DNA of 64,000 nt. Source: Octopus bimaculoides (taxonomy: Eukaryota). Below are positions 39,453 to 53,151 of this stretch, piece after piece. Under the pieces are notes generated by a model. The model did not search any database. It had not been told where the DNA came from and was given only the letters and a program-made list of their open reading frames with translations. The DNA lies in assembly GCF_001194135.2 (NCBI RefSeq), contig NC_068986.1:74129884-74193883 (forward strand), in the 5' to 3' direction. The stretch's first letter is position 1. Each line of letters starts with the position of its first letter. The translations under genes were made by a program, and so were the position numbers.

Positions 39453-40811
39453 CCACTTGTTCTGACATATATGGCCCATTGCCCCTTCCCCCTCCATCTT
39501 CCACTGCTTTACCCTAAACCCCCACCTTTTTTCTTTCTGTTTTGTTTTTTCATTTTCTTTCTTTTCCATTCTCATCTCTCTTCTTTTCTGTTTCTTTGTA
39601 TTTGAATGTTCTACTATGTTCTTGTGTTTGAGGTAACTGTTTAAACCCCTTGAAAAGTTGGTGCCCCAGTATAGCCACAATCCAAAGACTGAAACGAGTA
39701 AATGAATAGAAATTTATTCTCCGTTTGAGAATCAATATAACTTTTAACCTTACTTTCAATGATTGAATTTAGAATTTGCAGACAATGTCAACATAATAAA
39801 ATAGAAATAATGGCAAAACTATTTATAGATGCCATGTGTGATTAATGGAAGAACTGTGCAAAGAAATCAGTAATTAGGATAAGTGTAACTTGGCTAAATA
39901 TTAAGCAAGTGTGGAAAACTATTTGACAATCATCTAGTTATCCATATTAATGGAATTACCAAAATGGTATATAGAATCTAAAAGAATTTCTAATTGGGAA
40001 CCTTTTGATTGTAAGTACAGTTTCTTTCCTTTTTACTTTTTTCTTGAATTTTGACAGATGAGAAAGAGACACGAACCATATATTCTTTACAAGAATATTT
40101 TCCATATGCACCTTTATTAGATTAAGAACCTATTAGTCATTTACTATTTGGTTCACACTACATTACATTTCCCTTCCATTGATCTAGCCCTTTAATGAAA
40201 TGAAACATAGGCAGCAAATAAAGACTGAAAATTCTATGTATTTTATTTTAGTTGCTATTGTTGTTTTTATCATTATTATTGTTGTTGTTTTACATATGTC
40301 TATTTTTATATTTTACTACTCAAAGCTATAAAGAAAATGATTGTGTTGACTTATTTCCTTACTGATTCTAACTCACTTCCACTCTATTACAAAAGCATTT
40401 CCAATAATATATGTGTGTGTGTGTGTGTAAGGCAGCAAGCTGGCAGAATCGTTATCATGCCAGGCAAGATGCTTAGTGACATTTTCTCCATCTTTACAAT
40501 CTGACTCCAAATACCTTCGAGGTTGACTGCTTCTCATCCTTTCGGGGTCAATAAAATTTGTACCAGTTGAGCACTGGGTTCAATGTAATCGACTTACTTC
40601 CTCCTCCAAAATTGCTGGCTTTGTGTCAGAATTTGAAATCAATAGTATATGTGCATATGTGTATATAATTATTTTTTTGGAACATTGGATATTGAAGCAT
40701 ATAAGCTATAAATAATTACCAATCTTTCAAAAAAGAAGTGTATCATGTTATCTTGAAACTTATAAATTCTTATGCTGCATTCACAATCATATATATATAT
40801 AATTTACATAC

Positions 40812-40822
<11 letters not shown>

Positions 40823-40890
<68 letters not shown>
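40823..40890. repeat. Long (TA)n abutting the RTE tail
   Basis: Directly visible. Confidence 0.95.
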
Positions 40891-40893
<3 letters not shown>

Positions 40894-42535
40894 TCATTTA
40901 ACGTCCGCTTTCCATGCTAGCATGGGTTGGACGATTTGACTGGGGGACTGGTGAACCAGATGGCTACACCAGATTCCAATCTGATCTGGCAGAATTTCTA
41001 CAGCTGGATGCCCTTCCTAGCACCAACCACTCCAAGAATGTAGTGGGTGCTTTTTATGTGCCACCGGCATGAGGGCCAGTCTGGCGGTACTGGCAATGGC
41101 TACGCTCAAATGATGTTTTTTTTACATGCCACCTGCACAAGAGTCAGTCCAATGTTATGTTAACATGCCACTGGCACGAGTGCCAGTAAGGCGAAGCTGG
41201 AAATGATTGCACTCAAATGGTGCTTTTTACGTGCCACTGTCACAAAAGTGAGACCGCTGCTCTGGCAGTGATCATGCTCGGACAGTGCTGTTAGTGCTCC
41301 ACTGGTACGGGTGCTAGTCATCGAATTTGGTTCAGTTTCGATTTCACTTGTCCCAACAGGTCTTTGCAAGCTGAGTCTAATGTCCAATGAAGGAGGTTGG
41401 TTCAATTTTCGATTTCAATTTCACTTGCCTCAACAGATCTTTGTGTCCAAAGAAGGAAAGGTACGCATAAGTGGGCTGGCTACACTCCTGGTAGAGGCCA
41501 CCGGTTATGATCTCACTTGTCTTGCCGGGTCTTCTCACGCACAGCATATTTCCAAAGGTTTTGGTCACTAGTCATTACCTCGGTGGGGCCTAATGTTTGA
41601 AGGTCGTGCTTCACCACTTCATCCCAGGTCTTCCTGGGTTTACCTCTTCCCCAAGTACCCTCAACTGTAAGGCTGTGGCACTTTTTCACACAGCTTTCCT
41701 CATCCATTCTCACCACATGACCATACCAGCGTAGTCATCTCTCTTGCACACTTAGGTCCAACTTTTCTCTCAAGGTACTTACACTCTGTCGAGTATGCAC
41801 ACTGACATTACACATCCATCAAAGTATACTGGCTTCATTCCTTGTGAGCTTACACATGTGCTCAGCATTCAAGGCCCATGTTTCACTGCCATGTAGCATG
41901 GCTGTTCGTGCACATGCGTCATACAGTCTGCCTTTTACTATGAGCGAGAGGCACTTTGTCACCAGCAGAGGTAGGAGCTCTCTGAACTTTCCCCAGGCTA
42001 TTCTTATTCTAGCAGCTACACTTTCAGCGCACCCTTCCCCACTACTGACTTGGTCACCTAGGTAACAGAAGCTACCAACTACTTCTAGTTTTTCTCCCTG
42101 GAAAGTTGCAGAAGTTGTTCTCTGCACATTTCCAGTGTTTATTGCTCCTGAGCATCTGTCACATACAAAAACTATCTTGCTGGTTAGCCTTCCTTTGATA
42201 TTGCTGCACTTCTTATGTATCCATTGCTTACACTGGGCACATCTTATGGAGTTTCTACCTACACCTTTTCTACAGATCAAGCAGGGCCATATACCTGAAG
42301 GGGTTTGTGGTTTGTCTTCCTTTCTACTTATTAGAACTTTGGTTTTTTAGCTAGGTTGACTCCAAAGCCCTTCGATTCTAATCCTTGCTTCCACACCTGA
42401 AACTTCTCCTCTAGTTCTGATAGTGACTCAGCAATTAGAGCAAGGTCATCAGCATAGAGGAGCTCCCAGGAGCAACCTGTCTTGAATTCCTGTGTTATTG
42501 CCTAGAGGACTATGATAAATAGGAGGGGGCTGAGG
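40891..42535 (-). mobile_element. 5'-truncated RTE LINE (RT C-half plus 3' UTR)
   Basis: SVLSPLLFIIVL (motif B), SWELLYADD (YADD at 42456-42445), CGVCRKGVG-like Cys region, AMLHGSETW, WGRGKPRKTW, 3' UTR and (GAT)n tail. Confidence 0.95.
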
Positions 42536-42584
42536 ACTGAATCTTAATGGACATTTTCTACCTACTTTACAGTTAATTTTACAG

Positions 42585-42656
42585 TATGTAAATCTCCTCC
42601 CAAAACTATCCCCCTCTGATGCATTATCCACCATGTAAGCATGTATACTAAATTAG
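42585..42656 (-). repeat. ~72-bp dispersed repeat, second copy at 60216-60286; CTAATTTAG terminus like the PLE tail
   Basis: TATGTAAAT.TCCTCCCAAA..CTATCC...CCATGTAAGCATG.ATACTAAATTAG is shared by both copies. Confidence 0.75.
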
Positions 42657-42697
42657 AAAACCTTTGCTTGTTTCAAACCAATAAGGCTACCAGCCTT

Positions 42698-43035
42698 GAT
42701 AATGTCCCTTCCATTACAATCAAACTATGCACCTTAATACCAGTCTTTATACTTGTCAAGATCTTCACTTCTCTCTGTCTCTGTTTCTCTCTCTCTGTCT
42801 AACTCTCCCTCTCTCTTCCCTGATCCTTTGAAACGTTCCAGAGTGTGTCTCATTCCCAATAAAAATAATTCCATCCTCTGAGCCCATCAACTATCATCCT
42901 AGAACATTCTATTCCAACTACACTGAAGTTATGGAGACTGATTAATAATTTCATCTTCCAAAATTCACCTCCTCCTTAATAACCATCAGCTTAGCTTCTT
43001 TTGTAAAGCTAAATCTAATCTACCAGAGACCTACT
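42698..43035 (+). mobile_element. CR1/L2-like LINE RT N-terminal remnant
   Basis: DNVPSITIKLC, FPDPLKRSRVCLIPNK, PINYHP and NHQLSF resemble DGIP..VLK.C / FP..WK.A.V.PIPKK / P.NYRPI / DHQYGF. Confidence 0.55.
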
Positions 43036-45633
43036 CTCCTGCCACACATGCAGTGGGCTCCTGCCCCCAAGAAATTTGGTGAAATGAATGTACTTATGCT
43101 CAACAGTATAAGTCAGCTGATTATGTCTGGCATGTCAATCTCTTTGCAAAATTGCCCACCTAAGAGCTTAACCTTGTCTTGTCTTTTTAAGTACAAGGCT
43201 AAAGAAATAAGGACAGGGATGGGGGATTTGTTCAAGTAAAACCCTTCCAAAGGTGCTCCAGCATTGTCACAGTCCAGTGACTGAAACAAGTATAAGATGA
43301 AAGAGGAAAGATATGGTATAAGCATCCTCTACTGCTTCCTTTGCCCCCTCCTCTGTTTCCTTCCCTGTCATCATCACTATTGTTACAGACCTCATCATTG
43401 CTGTCTTCTTCCCCTTCCTTGTAATCCATTTTACCATTCTTCCTTCTACAGAAAATATAGCTGCCATACATCTCTGCCAATATTTCATATGAAGAAATTT
43501 TCCAATTAACAACCAGAATTCCATATAGGATTTCTAGAATTACATGTAGAACTTTCCAGACCAGAGTTGCAGAAATAATTGTGCCATATCTATAACAATG
43601 AATATTTGATGACTCTGCAAATATGCCAATTATTAATCTACTAGCCATTTTTTTCCCCTTTCTATTTTCCTCTTATTGCTTTTATGTTTACAATTTCATT
43701 TTTGTTTTTGTTTGTATTTCCTTGTTTTAGTATTTTTTTTTCTGTTGAAATTGCTTTTTTGTTTTAATTTCCTCAGCGTGTTCTCTTTAACCATTTCTTC
43801 TCTATCTTTCATCTGTTTTTTTTTTATTTATATATATATATATATTTATTCATCCTCTATAACATCAAGATTTATCATTGAATGAAATGATTCATAAATA
43901 TACATAAATGTACTTCAAGAATGCCAAAACCAAGAATGGCCGTCAATAGGTTATCTGTTATTAAATAGTTTGACAATTATTTAATTCCAGCAACATGTAT
44001 GTGTATGTACATGTGTGTGTTTATGTCTACATGTGTATCTGTATCCGTATGTGTGTTTGCAAGATGAGGGACTTCTCTTTGAAAACCAATCTTTTTTATC
44101 AGTTTGTCACATTACTTCCTCATACTTTGTTCTTACTAGGTTTTACTTACTCCTCATAAAAAGAAAAGTTCAAAGAACCTTATGGTCTCTTGGAACAATT
44201 ACAATAAAATATGATATCTTATGCACTATGTCTGACACAGTCTTAAGAGAGAATGCTTCTCAGCCATTTTTGAAATGGTAGCAGTTCTTTACTTCCATAT
44301 AACAGATTAGTTTTACTTGCCTATGATTTCTATGAGACTCTCTTCTCATAGCTTTACCAAATTCACCATTGCCTGTGCTGCTAACACCAAACCACCACAA
44401 TAACTTCCACCATTATGAACCGTTTGCCCCTCATCACTTTTGTCGTTTTAGCACATTATTGTGTTAGATGGACTGTTGTATTTGCTGCGCATCTCTTTCC
44501 GCTGGTTAATTTTCGTAAGTTACTTCAGCTGGTATCCTATGAGACACTTCACAACAAACTTCTAGGTTCTCAGTGTTAGAATGGTCAAACATGATCAGAC
44601 GTAGTCTTTATGGTGGAGGAGTGCCATAACAAAGGGAGAGAAAGAGTCTTAACTTATCTCTTGGAACCACTAACGTACGTCAGTGTCCTACTAGATCAGA
44701 GTGTCCTTCCCCCTTTCTCACCCCATGATAATGAAGAGTAAACCATTCACTTCATATATTATCACCATTATCCTCCTCGTTTAACATCTGTCTTCTATGT
44801 TGGCATGGATGGGATGGTTTGACAGGGGTTGGCCAAGCAGAAACCTACACCAGACTTCTGTAACTGTTTTGGTGGGATTTTTACAGCTGCATGCCCTTCC
44901 TAACGCCAGCCACTCAGTAGAGTTTTACATGGCACAAGCACAGGAAAGGTTAGTTTTGGCAAGGTTTTTACAGCTGGATTCCCTTCCAAATGCCAACCAC
45001 TTTACAGTGTGGACTATATATATATNNNNNNNNNNNNNNNNNNNNNNNNNNNNNNNNNNNNNNNNNNNNNNNNNNNNNNNNNNNNNNNNNNNNNNNNNNN
45101 NNNNNNNNNNNNNNNNNNNNNNNNNNNNNNNNNNNNNNNNNNNNNNNNNNNNNNNNNNNNNNNNNNNNNNNNNNNNNNNNNNNNNNNNNNNNNNNNNNNN
45201 NNNNNNNNNNNNNNNNNNNNNNNNNNNNNNNNNNNNNNNNNNNNNNNNNNNNNNNNNNNNNNNNNNNNNNNNNNNNNNNNNNNNNNNNNNNNNNNNNNNN
45301 NNNNNNNNNNNNNNNNNNNNNNNNNNNNNNNNNNNNNNNNNNNNNNNNNNNNNNNNNNNNNNNNNNNNNNNNNNNNNNNNNNNNNNNNNNNNNNNNNNNN
45401 NNNNNNNNTAATCCTTTGAAACATATGTAGGAATAAAGTATGCAATTATAACATGCGTTTTCTCCATTCCTTAAATTCTTAAATATACTCAAATACCCAA
45501 AATTTCAAGGAGTTCCTGCCTTAAAAACAGGAACTAAACCACAGTTATTTTCTGTTCTTTGCTACATTAGTTTCTATTAACCCATTTATTCTATCAGAAG
45601 AATTTTTATTCATTAAGATAGAAGAAATACACA

Positions 45634-45676
<43 letters not shown>

Positions 45677-47168
45677 CTTATCACATCCAACAAAACTTGG
45701 ATGTGTTGTCTGTAATGGTCTAAACTGCGGTAAATGTCCTGAATAACTCTTAAGCAACTCTTACAGAAGTCTGAGGCATTATAAACAGCACATCCAAGTT
45801 AGGCTGGATGCGCTAATTAATATTTGTTACAGAAACTGCGTCTGTTGCTAATACCTAATGTGTGTATATGTGTGTGTGAGTGTGTGAAAATATATATAGT
45901 CATGCATTCATTTTCTTTACTGGTTTAACTTGGACAGGTCATCATAATCCAAGCTAGTTCATATTTAGTTTTACTGCTCTCCTGGATTGGTTTGAAGTTC
46001 CACACATCTCATTAATGTAGCATGATTTTTGCCACTGGATGCCACAGAAACCATATGGAGCAAATATTAGACTTGGTTGAAAATGGGACATAAATAATTC
46101 TGTCAGTACATGACATGATGGTGAGATCACATACAATGCTACCAATCCAAGAGATGAAGACAGTTGGAACTCGTAAGAAATAAAGTTTTGGTAGGAGATT
46201 TGCATGCTAGATGTAGTTGACAGTTTTACTACTGTCTCGAGTAACAACAGCTTTTCCACTGAACTTGTCTAAAACAGAAGCCCTCTGGTGTATATTTTCC
46301 ATTCATCAAACACATACACATACTCACACAAATTATTTAAAACCCTTAACTCTAAAAATTGAGATTATGTTAATACACCTTATTATTCTGTTAATTAAGC
46401 AAAAATAATCAGGAGCCACCTTATATGATAAACGTCATCATTGTCGTCGTCTCTGTCCCCGCTGCCATCATCGTTTAACATCCATCTTCCATGCTGGCAT
46501 GGGTTGGCTGGTTTGACAGGAGCTCGCAAGGCAGAGGACTGCACCAACCTCCACAGTCTGTTTTGGAATGGTTTTTATGGTTGAATCCCCTCCTTAATGC
46601 CAACCACTTTAAAGATTGGACTGGGTGCTTTTTACATGGCACCAGCACTAGTGGGTTCTGTTTGGTATAGTTTTCAAGGCTGGATACCCTTCATAATGTC
46701 AGCCACCTTCTGTGATTGGCTTATTTCATAATTTCTTTCTGCTAAATTCAACTCAAGAGTTATGATCAATCCAAAACTATGTAAGAAGGTAATTTTCTCA
46801 GGTTCCACCACATGAAAATTCCAAAATGGATATAAAAACAATAAGTTGATTATTTTTTTTTTTATTTGTCTTTTTTAGTTTTGTGATTTGTTCACTCTTT
46901 TATCTTCAGAAAAAACAAAGACAACATGACGCAAAATTGGTAGAGGAAAAAGCTGTCAAAATCAAGGAATGGGTTGCAAGGAAGTTGGAACAAGTAAGCT
47001 TTATTACTGTGCCATCTTTTGGTTTGATATCTGTGTGTTGAATTTAAATCCTGAAGATCATTTTGTATATATATTTGACTTTTGAACATGTACTATAATG
47101 TTTATGATATTGTTCTCAATTGCATATTGTGTTCTCATTTAAGACAAACATAATTCAAATATTAATTA

Positions 47169-47913
47169 CTAGCAGAGGCACCCGGTGTTGCTCGGGAATG
47201 AAATTGTTGCTTATATACTTGAAGAAAAAAAGGCAAAATATGCTGTATAGAAATTTGAGAGGACATTCTGTAGATGGACTCTCAGATGAATGATGGCTGG
47301 GCGCCTGTCATGAATGGGGAAAATTGAAGATGTGCCAAAAAGCCTCATTGATACTTGGAAACTTTTACGAAAATTAAAATGGGAATTAAATGAAAAAAAT
47401 GATATACGTGAATATCCTCACAAGAATAATTGAAATAAATGGCGATTGTGGCCCCCCCCCCCACACACACGGACGCACGCGCACATACACACGTGTGTCT
47501 TTGTAAATATGTTTGTATACATTTATGTATGTGTGTGTTTGTAAGAGACAGAGTGTGAGTGAGTCAAGGGGTGTGTGTGTGCGTGTGTATGTGTGTGAGA
47601 CAGAGTGAGAGAGCGGTGTGTATGTAGTATTTATTCTCTCTCTCTCTCTCTCTCATACACACGAACACACACGCACTCACATACAAAATAGAGAGTGAAG
47701 CTTTTTGCGTTACGTCAATACCGGAAGTTGACATTGAGGAACCTTTTTAAAGAAGCGAATCTTAAATACAAAGCAATATTATTTATTTTTAATTAAAAAA
47801 ATCAAATGAAGAGCCTAAGATTTATCCGAGGTCAAATTATTCACGCATCAGAAGTATGGAAGCATTTGGTGAAGTCGATTACACACACATCTCTGTTTTA
47901 TATATAGTATAGA
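47169..47913 (-). mobile_element. Non-autonomous Helitron (745 bp)
   Basis: On - strand: A|TCTATACTATATATAAAA 5' end, 3' hairpin CCCG-AGCAACAC-CGGG (47196-47181), then CTAG|T; no TSD; internal microsatellites. Confidence 0.85.
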
Positions 47914-48969
47914 TATATCTTGTTACATCCTACTGATTTTTCCAAACCAGGTTGTCTCCTCTGAATAAACAAGTATTAAATTTGATTAAACGATTAAATG
48001 AAATACAGGGACCTGTACATTAGTATAAATGATATAATGTTATTAATATTGTACTGTACATGGTAGCAATAAGTTAGTCTGGCAGCCACAGGAATTTGAA
48101 GTCTTGATTGTAAATTAGTGTGGATCATGAGATGGTTCTGGAGTATCAGTGTCCAGAAAGTTATTGTGTACCCAGGGCTAGTGCTAGGAAGAGTAGGGCC
48201 TAATTAGAGAATTGTCAATGGAGCCTCTACTCTACAAAAGCTGAAGAGTGATGTTTCATGTTTGGGTAAAATGCCAATCCCAACCAAAAGGCATTGAAAG
48301 CTTGAGGCTCCACCATTAGCTACAATGATATACTAAAATTTCATCTTAGCACCCTCCTTTCGAGTGTGGGCACGGGACCCAATCTGAACAAATATGTCTA
48401 ATTGGCTTAAAACTGGCACTGGTTACACCTGTATTGCATATTGCGTTTTTCATATGTAAATAGTCATAACATAGTATTAATCACAGAATAGCATACAATA
48501 CGTAGGCTTAGTAAACGATGGTGTAAAATTCACTTTTTTTTATCATACCCAAATTTTTTTTTTTTAGTTATCTTACAGAAAGAGTTTATGTAAACATGCC
48601 ATCAAATTTAAGGTTTATTTATTCATATTGTTTTGAATTAATCCTATATTATCTCATAACTTTGAAATTTCAACGATGTGATTGTTATTTTTTAGAATTA
48701 CATTGTAGGGTAGGTTTGCAAGGTCTGATATAGTCACTATGAATTCAAAACAGGTAGAATATTTGGGCCTAATATGGCCAGTTTGACTTCTAAAGGGTTA
48801 AACATTCCAGAAACTAAAGAATAATATTAGCGTGCTGGCACCAGATACATTACAAACTGTTGTGAAATACTGCCTTGACAGGGTTCACACAGGAAGGAAT
48901 TTGTGGGATGTTATATTTCACAATTAATTGTTAGTAATTTCCAAAATCCAGTATGTATACTTTTATTCT

Positions 48970-49330
48970 TTTGCTTGTTTGTATTTTGAATGTGGCCATG
49001 CTGGAGCACTGCTTTAAAGAGTTTATTGTCGAAGAAATCAATCCCAGGACTTATTCCTTATCAGCCTAATACTTATTCTATTGGTCTCTTTTGATGAACC
49101 CCTAAGTTATGGGAATATAAACACATCAGCATCAGTTGTCAAGGGATGGCAGGGAGACAAACACAGACACACACTCATAAAAAAAATATATATACAATAG
49201 GCTTCTTTCAGTTTCCATCTACCAAATTCACTCACAAGGCTTTTGTCAGCCTGAGGCTATAGTAGAAGACACTTGCCCAAGATGCCATGCAGTGGGACTG
49301 AACCCAGAACCATGTGGTTGGGGAGCAAGT
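48970..49330 (-). mobile_element. SINE family B
   Basis: Reverse copy from tail to head. Further B copies at 51515-51920, 55403-55790, 56530-56892, 59105-59565 (-) and 60870-61260. Confidence 0.85.
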
Positions 49331-50128
49331 GATTTTTGCATCGCCCTGTATAATCTGCTTTACACTATTATATATACTTAAGCACTTGATATACTCACTA
49401 TACACTCCAAATTATTGAATAACATCCATTATATACTGAAGCATTAAACACCATAGCATTATCATGGCATAGCATTCTCTTAGGTTATGGATTTCCTCAA
49501 TGTTGACTCAAATTTCACAGCTCTCTTTTATTTCATTCATAACATCTGTTTATATTTTCCAAACTGAGGAGATTCATTTGACATTCTTTATTTATCTCCA
49601 TTTTATAATCAGAATTTCGGATAAATATACATGAATGGGGGCTGTCACATACTTTGTATTGGATTTTTATTGCCTAGTGACATTACTAAATATATGTTAA
49701 GCTGACCAGCAAGCTTCTATGAAGTTGTACAATGAATAATCAGATCTTTCTCAAATAATACTTTACTCTCTTAAATAAGGAAGAACATCTACAAGATTCC
49801 ACAAAATACATTTTCTGGGGGAAAAAAAGACCCAAACAAAACAAAAGACCAGACTGTCAACACCTTTTATTATCATATATCTATTGGATCAGCTCTATTT
49901 TGGGGTTAAACATTCACAACAAAAACTTGCCACATTGAGCTTTATATAAATGTTGAAATGAACCCAAACAATAACATATGAACAAACAACAATCCTTCAT
50001 ATTAATGTAACCAATTCAATAGTCACTATGAAAGCAACACAAGCAATTTTTTTTATCATGCCCCCCCCCCCCCAATTTTTTTTTTTTTTTTTTTGTCTCC
50101 TCCTCACCCTATAAAAATATATGCTTAT

Positions 50129-50777
50129 TCATGTCCTCAGAAGTAATGGCCCAGGTTTCACTGCCATGTAGCATGGCTGTTCGTACACATGCGTCATACA
50201 GTCTACCTTTTACTCTGAGTGAGAGACCCTTTGTTACCAGCAGAGGTAGGAGCTCTCTGAATTTTGCCCAGGCTATTCTTATTCTTGCAGCTACACTTTC
50301 AGAGCATCCACCCTGCTACTGACTTGGTCCCCTAGGTAACAGAAGCTATCAACTACTTGTAGTTTTTCTCCCTGAAATGTGACAGAAGCTGTTCTCTGCA
50401 TATTTTCAGTGTTCATAGCACCTGAGCATTTGCCACATACAAAAACTATCTTCCCCAGTTAGCCTCCTTTGATATTGCTGCACCTCTTATGTGTCCATAG
50501 CTTACACTGGGTACATCTTATGGAGTTTCTACCTACGTCTTTTCAACAGATCGAGCAGGGCCATCTACCTGAAGGGATTTGTGTTTTGTCTGCCTTCCTA
50601 TTTAGGGCTTTGGTTTTAGCTAGGTTGACTCTAAGACCCTTCGATTCTAATCCTTGCTTCCACACCTGAACATTTTCCTCTAGTTCTGTTAGTGTCTCAG
50701 CAATTAGAGCAAGGTCATCAGCATAGATGAGCTCCCAGGGGCATTCTGTTTTGAATTTCTCTGTTATTGCCTGTATA
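50129..50777 (-). mobile_element. RTE LINE RT fragment
   Basis: QAITEKFKTECPWELIYADDLALIAE (YADD at 50725-50714), paralogous to 41860-42500. Confidence 0.9.
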
Positions 50778-52982
50778 TACAATGGGCTTCTCTCAATTTC
50801 TGTTTATCAAATCCACTCACAAGGCTTTGATTGGTCTGAGGCTATTGTAGAAGATACTTGCTCAAGGTGCCATAAAGTGGGAATGAACCAAAAACCATGT
50901 GGTTAGGAAGTAAGCTTCTTACCACACAGCCATGCCTGCACCTATATATTTAAAAAGATTTCTATTATGCGTTTTAGACATGTGGCTGTAGTTGTGCTGG
51001 ACTATTACTGTGTGTACACACATACACATGCATATATATTTTGGTGAATTATTTATTCTTCTCCTTTGGACAATGTAAACAACCATAAGTAATTAGACCT
51101 GAGGATAAGCTAAACTTTGTTTATATGTGGTATGATTTGTGTAGGACACGTTAAGTTTAGCTTGGTATCATATGTAGTCTTCATTCACTTTCTCCATGCC
51201 TTCCGCTCTTCGATATATATGCATATATATATACATACACATATATGTATTCTCACACACGCATGTACATATGTATACATATACACTCACAAATTTCAGT
51301 ATCTGTATATCCATCCATCTGGCCACACATTCATTCATCTGTCCATTGATTGATTACTCAAGCAGCCTGGCTATACACACAAATGTGTCTGTCGGAGAAG
51401 TTTGCTTCAGAATCATGTGGTTAAGAGTTTAATCCTGCTGTCTGGACAATCAGACATTGTCCTGTACTATAGCCAAGAGTTAACCAGTACCCTGTGAGTG
51501 AAATTGTGTATGGAAACTGAAGAAGTCTGTTGTGGCTGTGCGATAAGAAGCTTGCTTCCCAACTACATGGTTCTGGGTTCAGTCCCACTGTGTGGCACCT
51601 TGGGCAAGTGTCTTCCACTATAGCCTTGGGCCAACCAAAGCCTTTTGAGTGGATTTGGTATATGGAAACTGAAAGAAACTTATTGTGTATATGTATATAT
51701 CTATGTGTGTGTCTTTGTGACAGTGTTTGTTCCCCCACATCACCACTTGACAACCGGCATTGGTGAGCTTGTGTCCCGATAACTTAGTGGTTCAGTAAAA
51801 GAGACTGATAGAATAAGTACTAGGCTTAAAAAGTAAGTCCTAGTGTTGAATTGTTTGACTAAAACCCTTCAAGACAGTTCCCCAGCTTGGCTGCAGTCAA
51901 ATGATTGACACTCAAAAGAAGAATAAAACAATGTGTGTGTGTGAATGTTTGTATGAGTGGTTTCATATTTCCCAACAAAAGCCTCACCGTTCATATAGGC
52001 AATGTCTTTTGTGTGCGCACACACACACACACATGCCTGGGCTTTTTGACAAGTCTTTACATCCTGCATGATCTCTGTAAACTAAAGGCTTATTTAAATA
52101 GTGTCATTTGTTGCCAGTTCTTTGTATAACCATGTCCAACCAATTCATTGTTCAACGTGTAGCTTGGTCATGGCTATGCAAAGAACTCGGAACAAATAGT
52201 TGAAAGTAGGTGAGGATTTGCATCATGAAAGACAGCTGGCCTAATAGAACTTTGGCCCATAAAAGCATTAATAAGTAGGCATTAAAATGATTTCAAATAT
52301 ATATATATATATATAAATAACTAATTTAGAGACGAACCACCACTCTACAACTCAGAACCCGTCCAAATCCATGCTGTGAGGCATATACCATCTTAATATC
52401 TAATATTTTAATTTAAAATAAATAACGTTACATAAATAAATCATATAAATCGTATACATAAATCATAGAAATATTGATTTAAAAATTTAAAAGTCAAATT
52501 TATAAATTGGATAGTAAAAATTAGTACGATAATATACAGTATGGAAGTATAAATGTAAAAAGTTAGTGCTAGTACATAGACTACGTGCGTTTCATGGCTG
52601 AAATAGGACTATATAAAATCATAAGCAAATTCTATCCAAGTTCATTAGAGCGGGGAAATGATTTTACTCCCAAAATCAGTCACTCTTTAGGTCAAAACCT
52701 AAGAAAGTACCTAAAATCATTCAAGGAATAAACATGAGAAATAAAAATATATATAAAGACACAAAATCCGTTAATCCCTACATTAACTGTATTAATATAA
52801 TTAAGTTACAATCTAAAAAAATTATAGTATTATAGTAAACAAGGTTAAAACATTATGGAATAAGTAGATAATAGTAAAAAAAATATTGTTTATAAAATTA
52901 AAATTAGAAAACATGACATATCTGCCAACTGGTAACTGTAAAATAAAACAAAATGGCTGTGCTATAGAATTTATACTAAAAG

Positions 52983-53002
52983 GTCACGTGATAAACATGG
53001 CG
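52983..53002 (+). promoter_or_regulatory. E-box (GTCACGTGA) plus YY1-like (AAACATGGCG) motif pair; second copy at 53588-53607
   Basis: Motifs match known consensus and are conserved between otherwise diverged repeats; function is inferred. Confidence 0.4.
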
Positions 53003-53151
53003 TCTACTACCCAGAAGTACATGCGTATTATAATTACTAAAATAATAACGAAAATATCGAAAAAGAAAATCTACCTAAAATAAAACGTTTCTTGAGGATT
53101 AAAAATACTAAAATACTTAAACTTGCAAATTAACGCAGGGTAATAACTATA

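Noticed and set aside
40048-40130. Possible terminal exon after ttttgacag
   Set aside because: The phase-0 reading gives a short, non-coiled-coil peptide; the more plausible reading needs phase 1, incompatible with exon 32479-32616.
44340-44560. Possible Tc1 relic on the - strand (TVHNGGS..WWFGVSSTGNGE)
   Set aside because: A single short decayed motif with no TIRs found; too weak to call.
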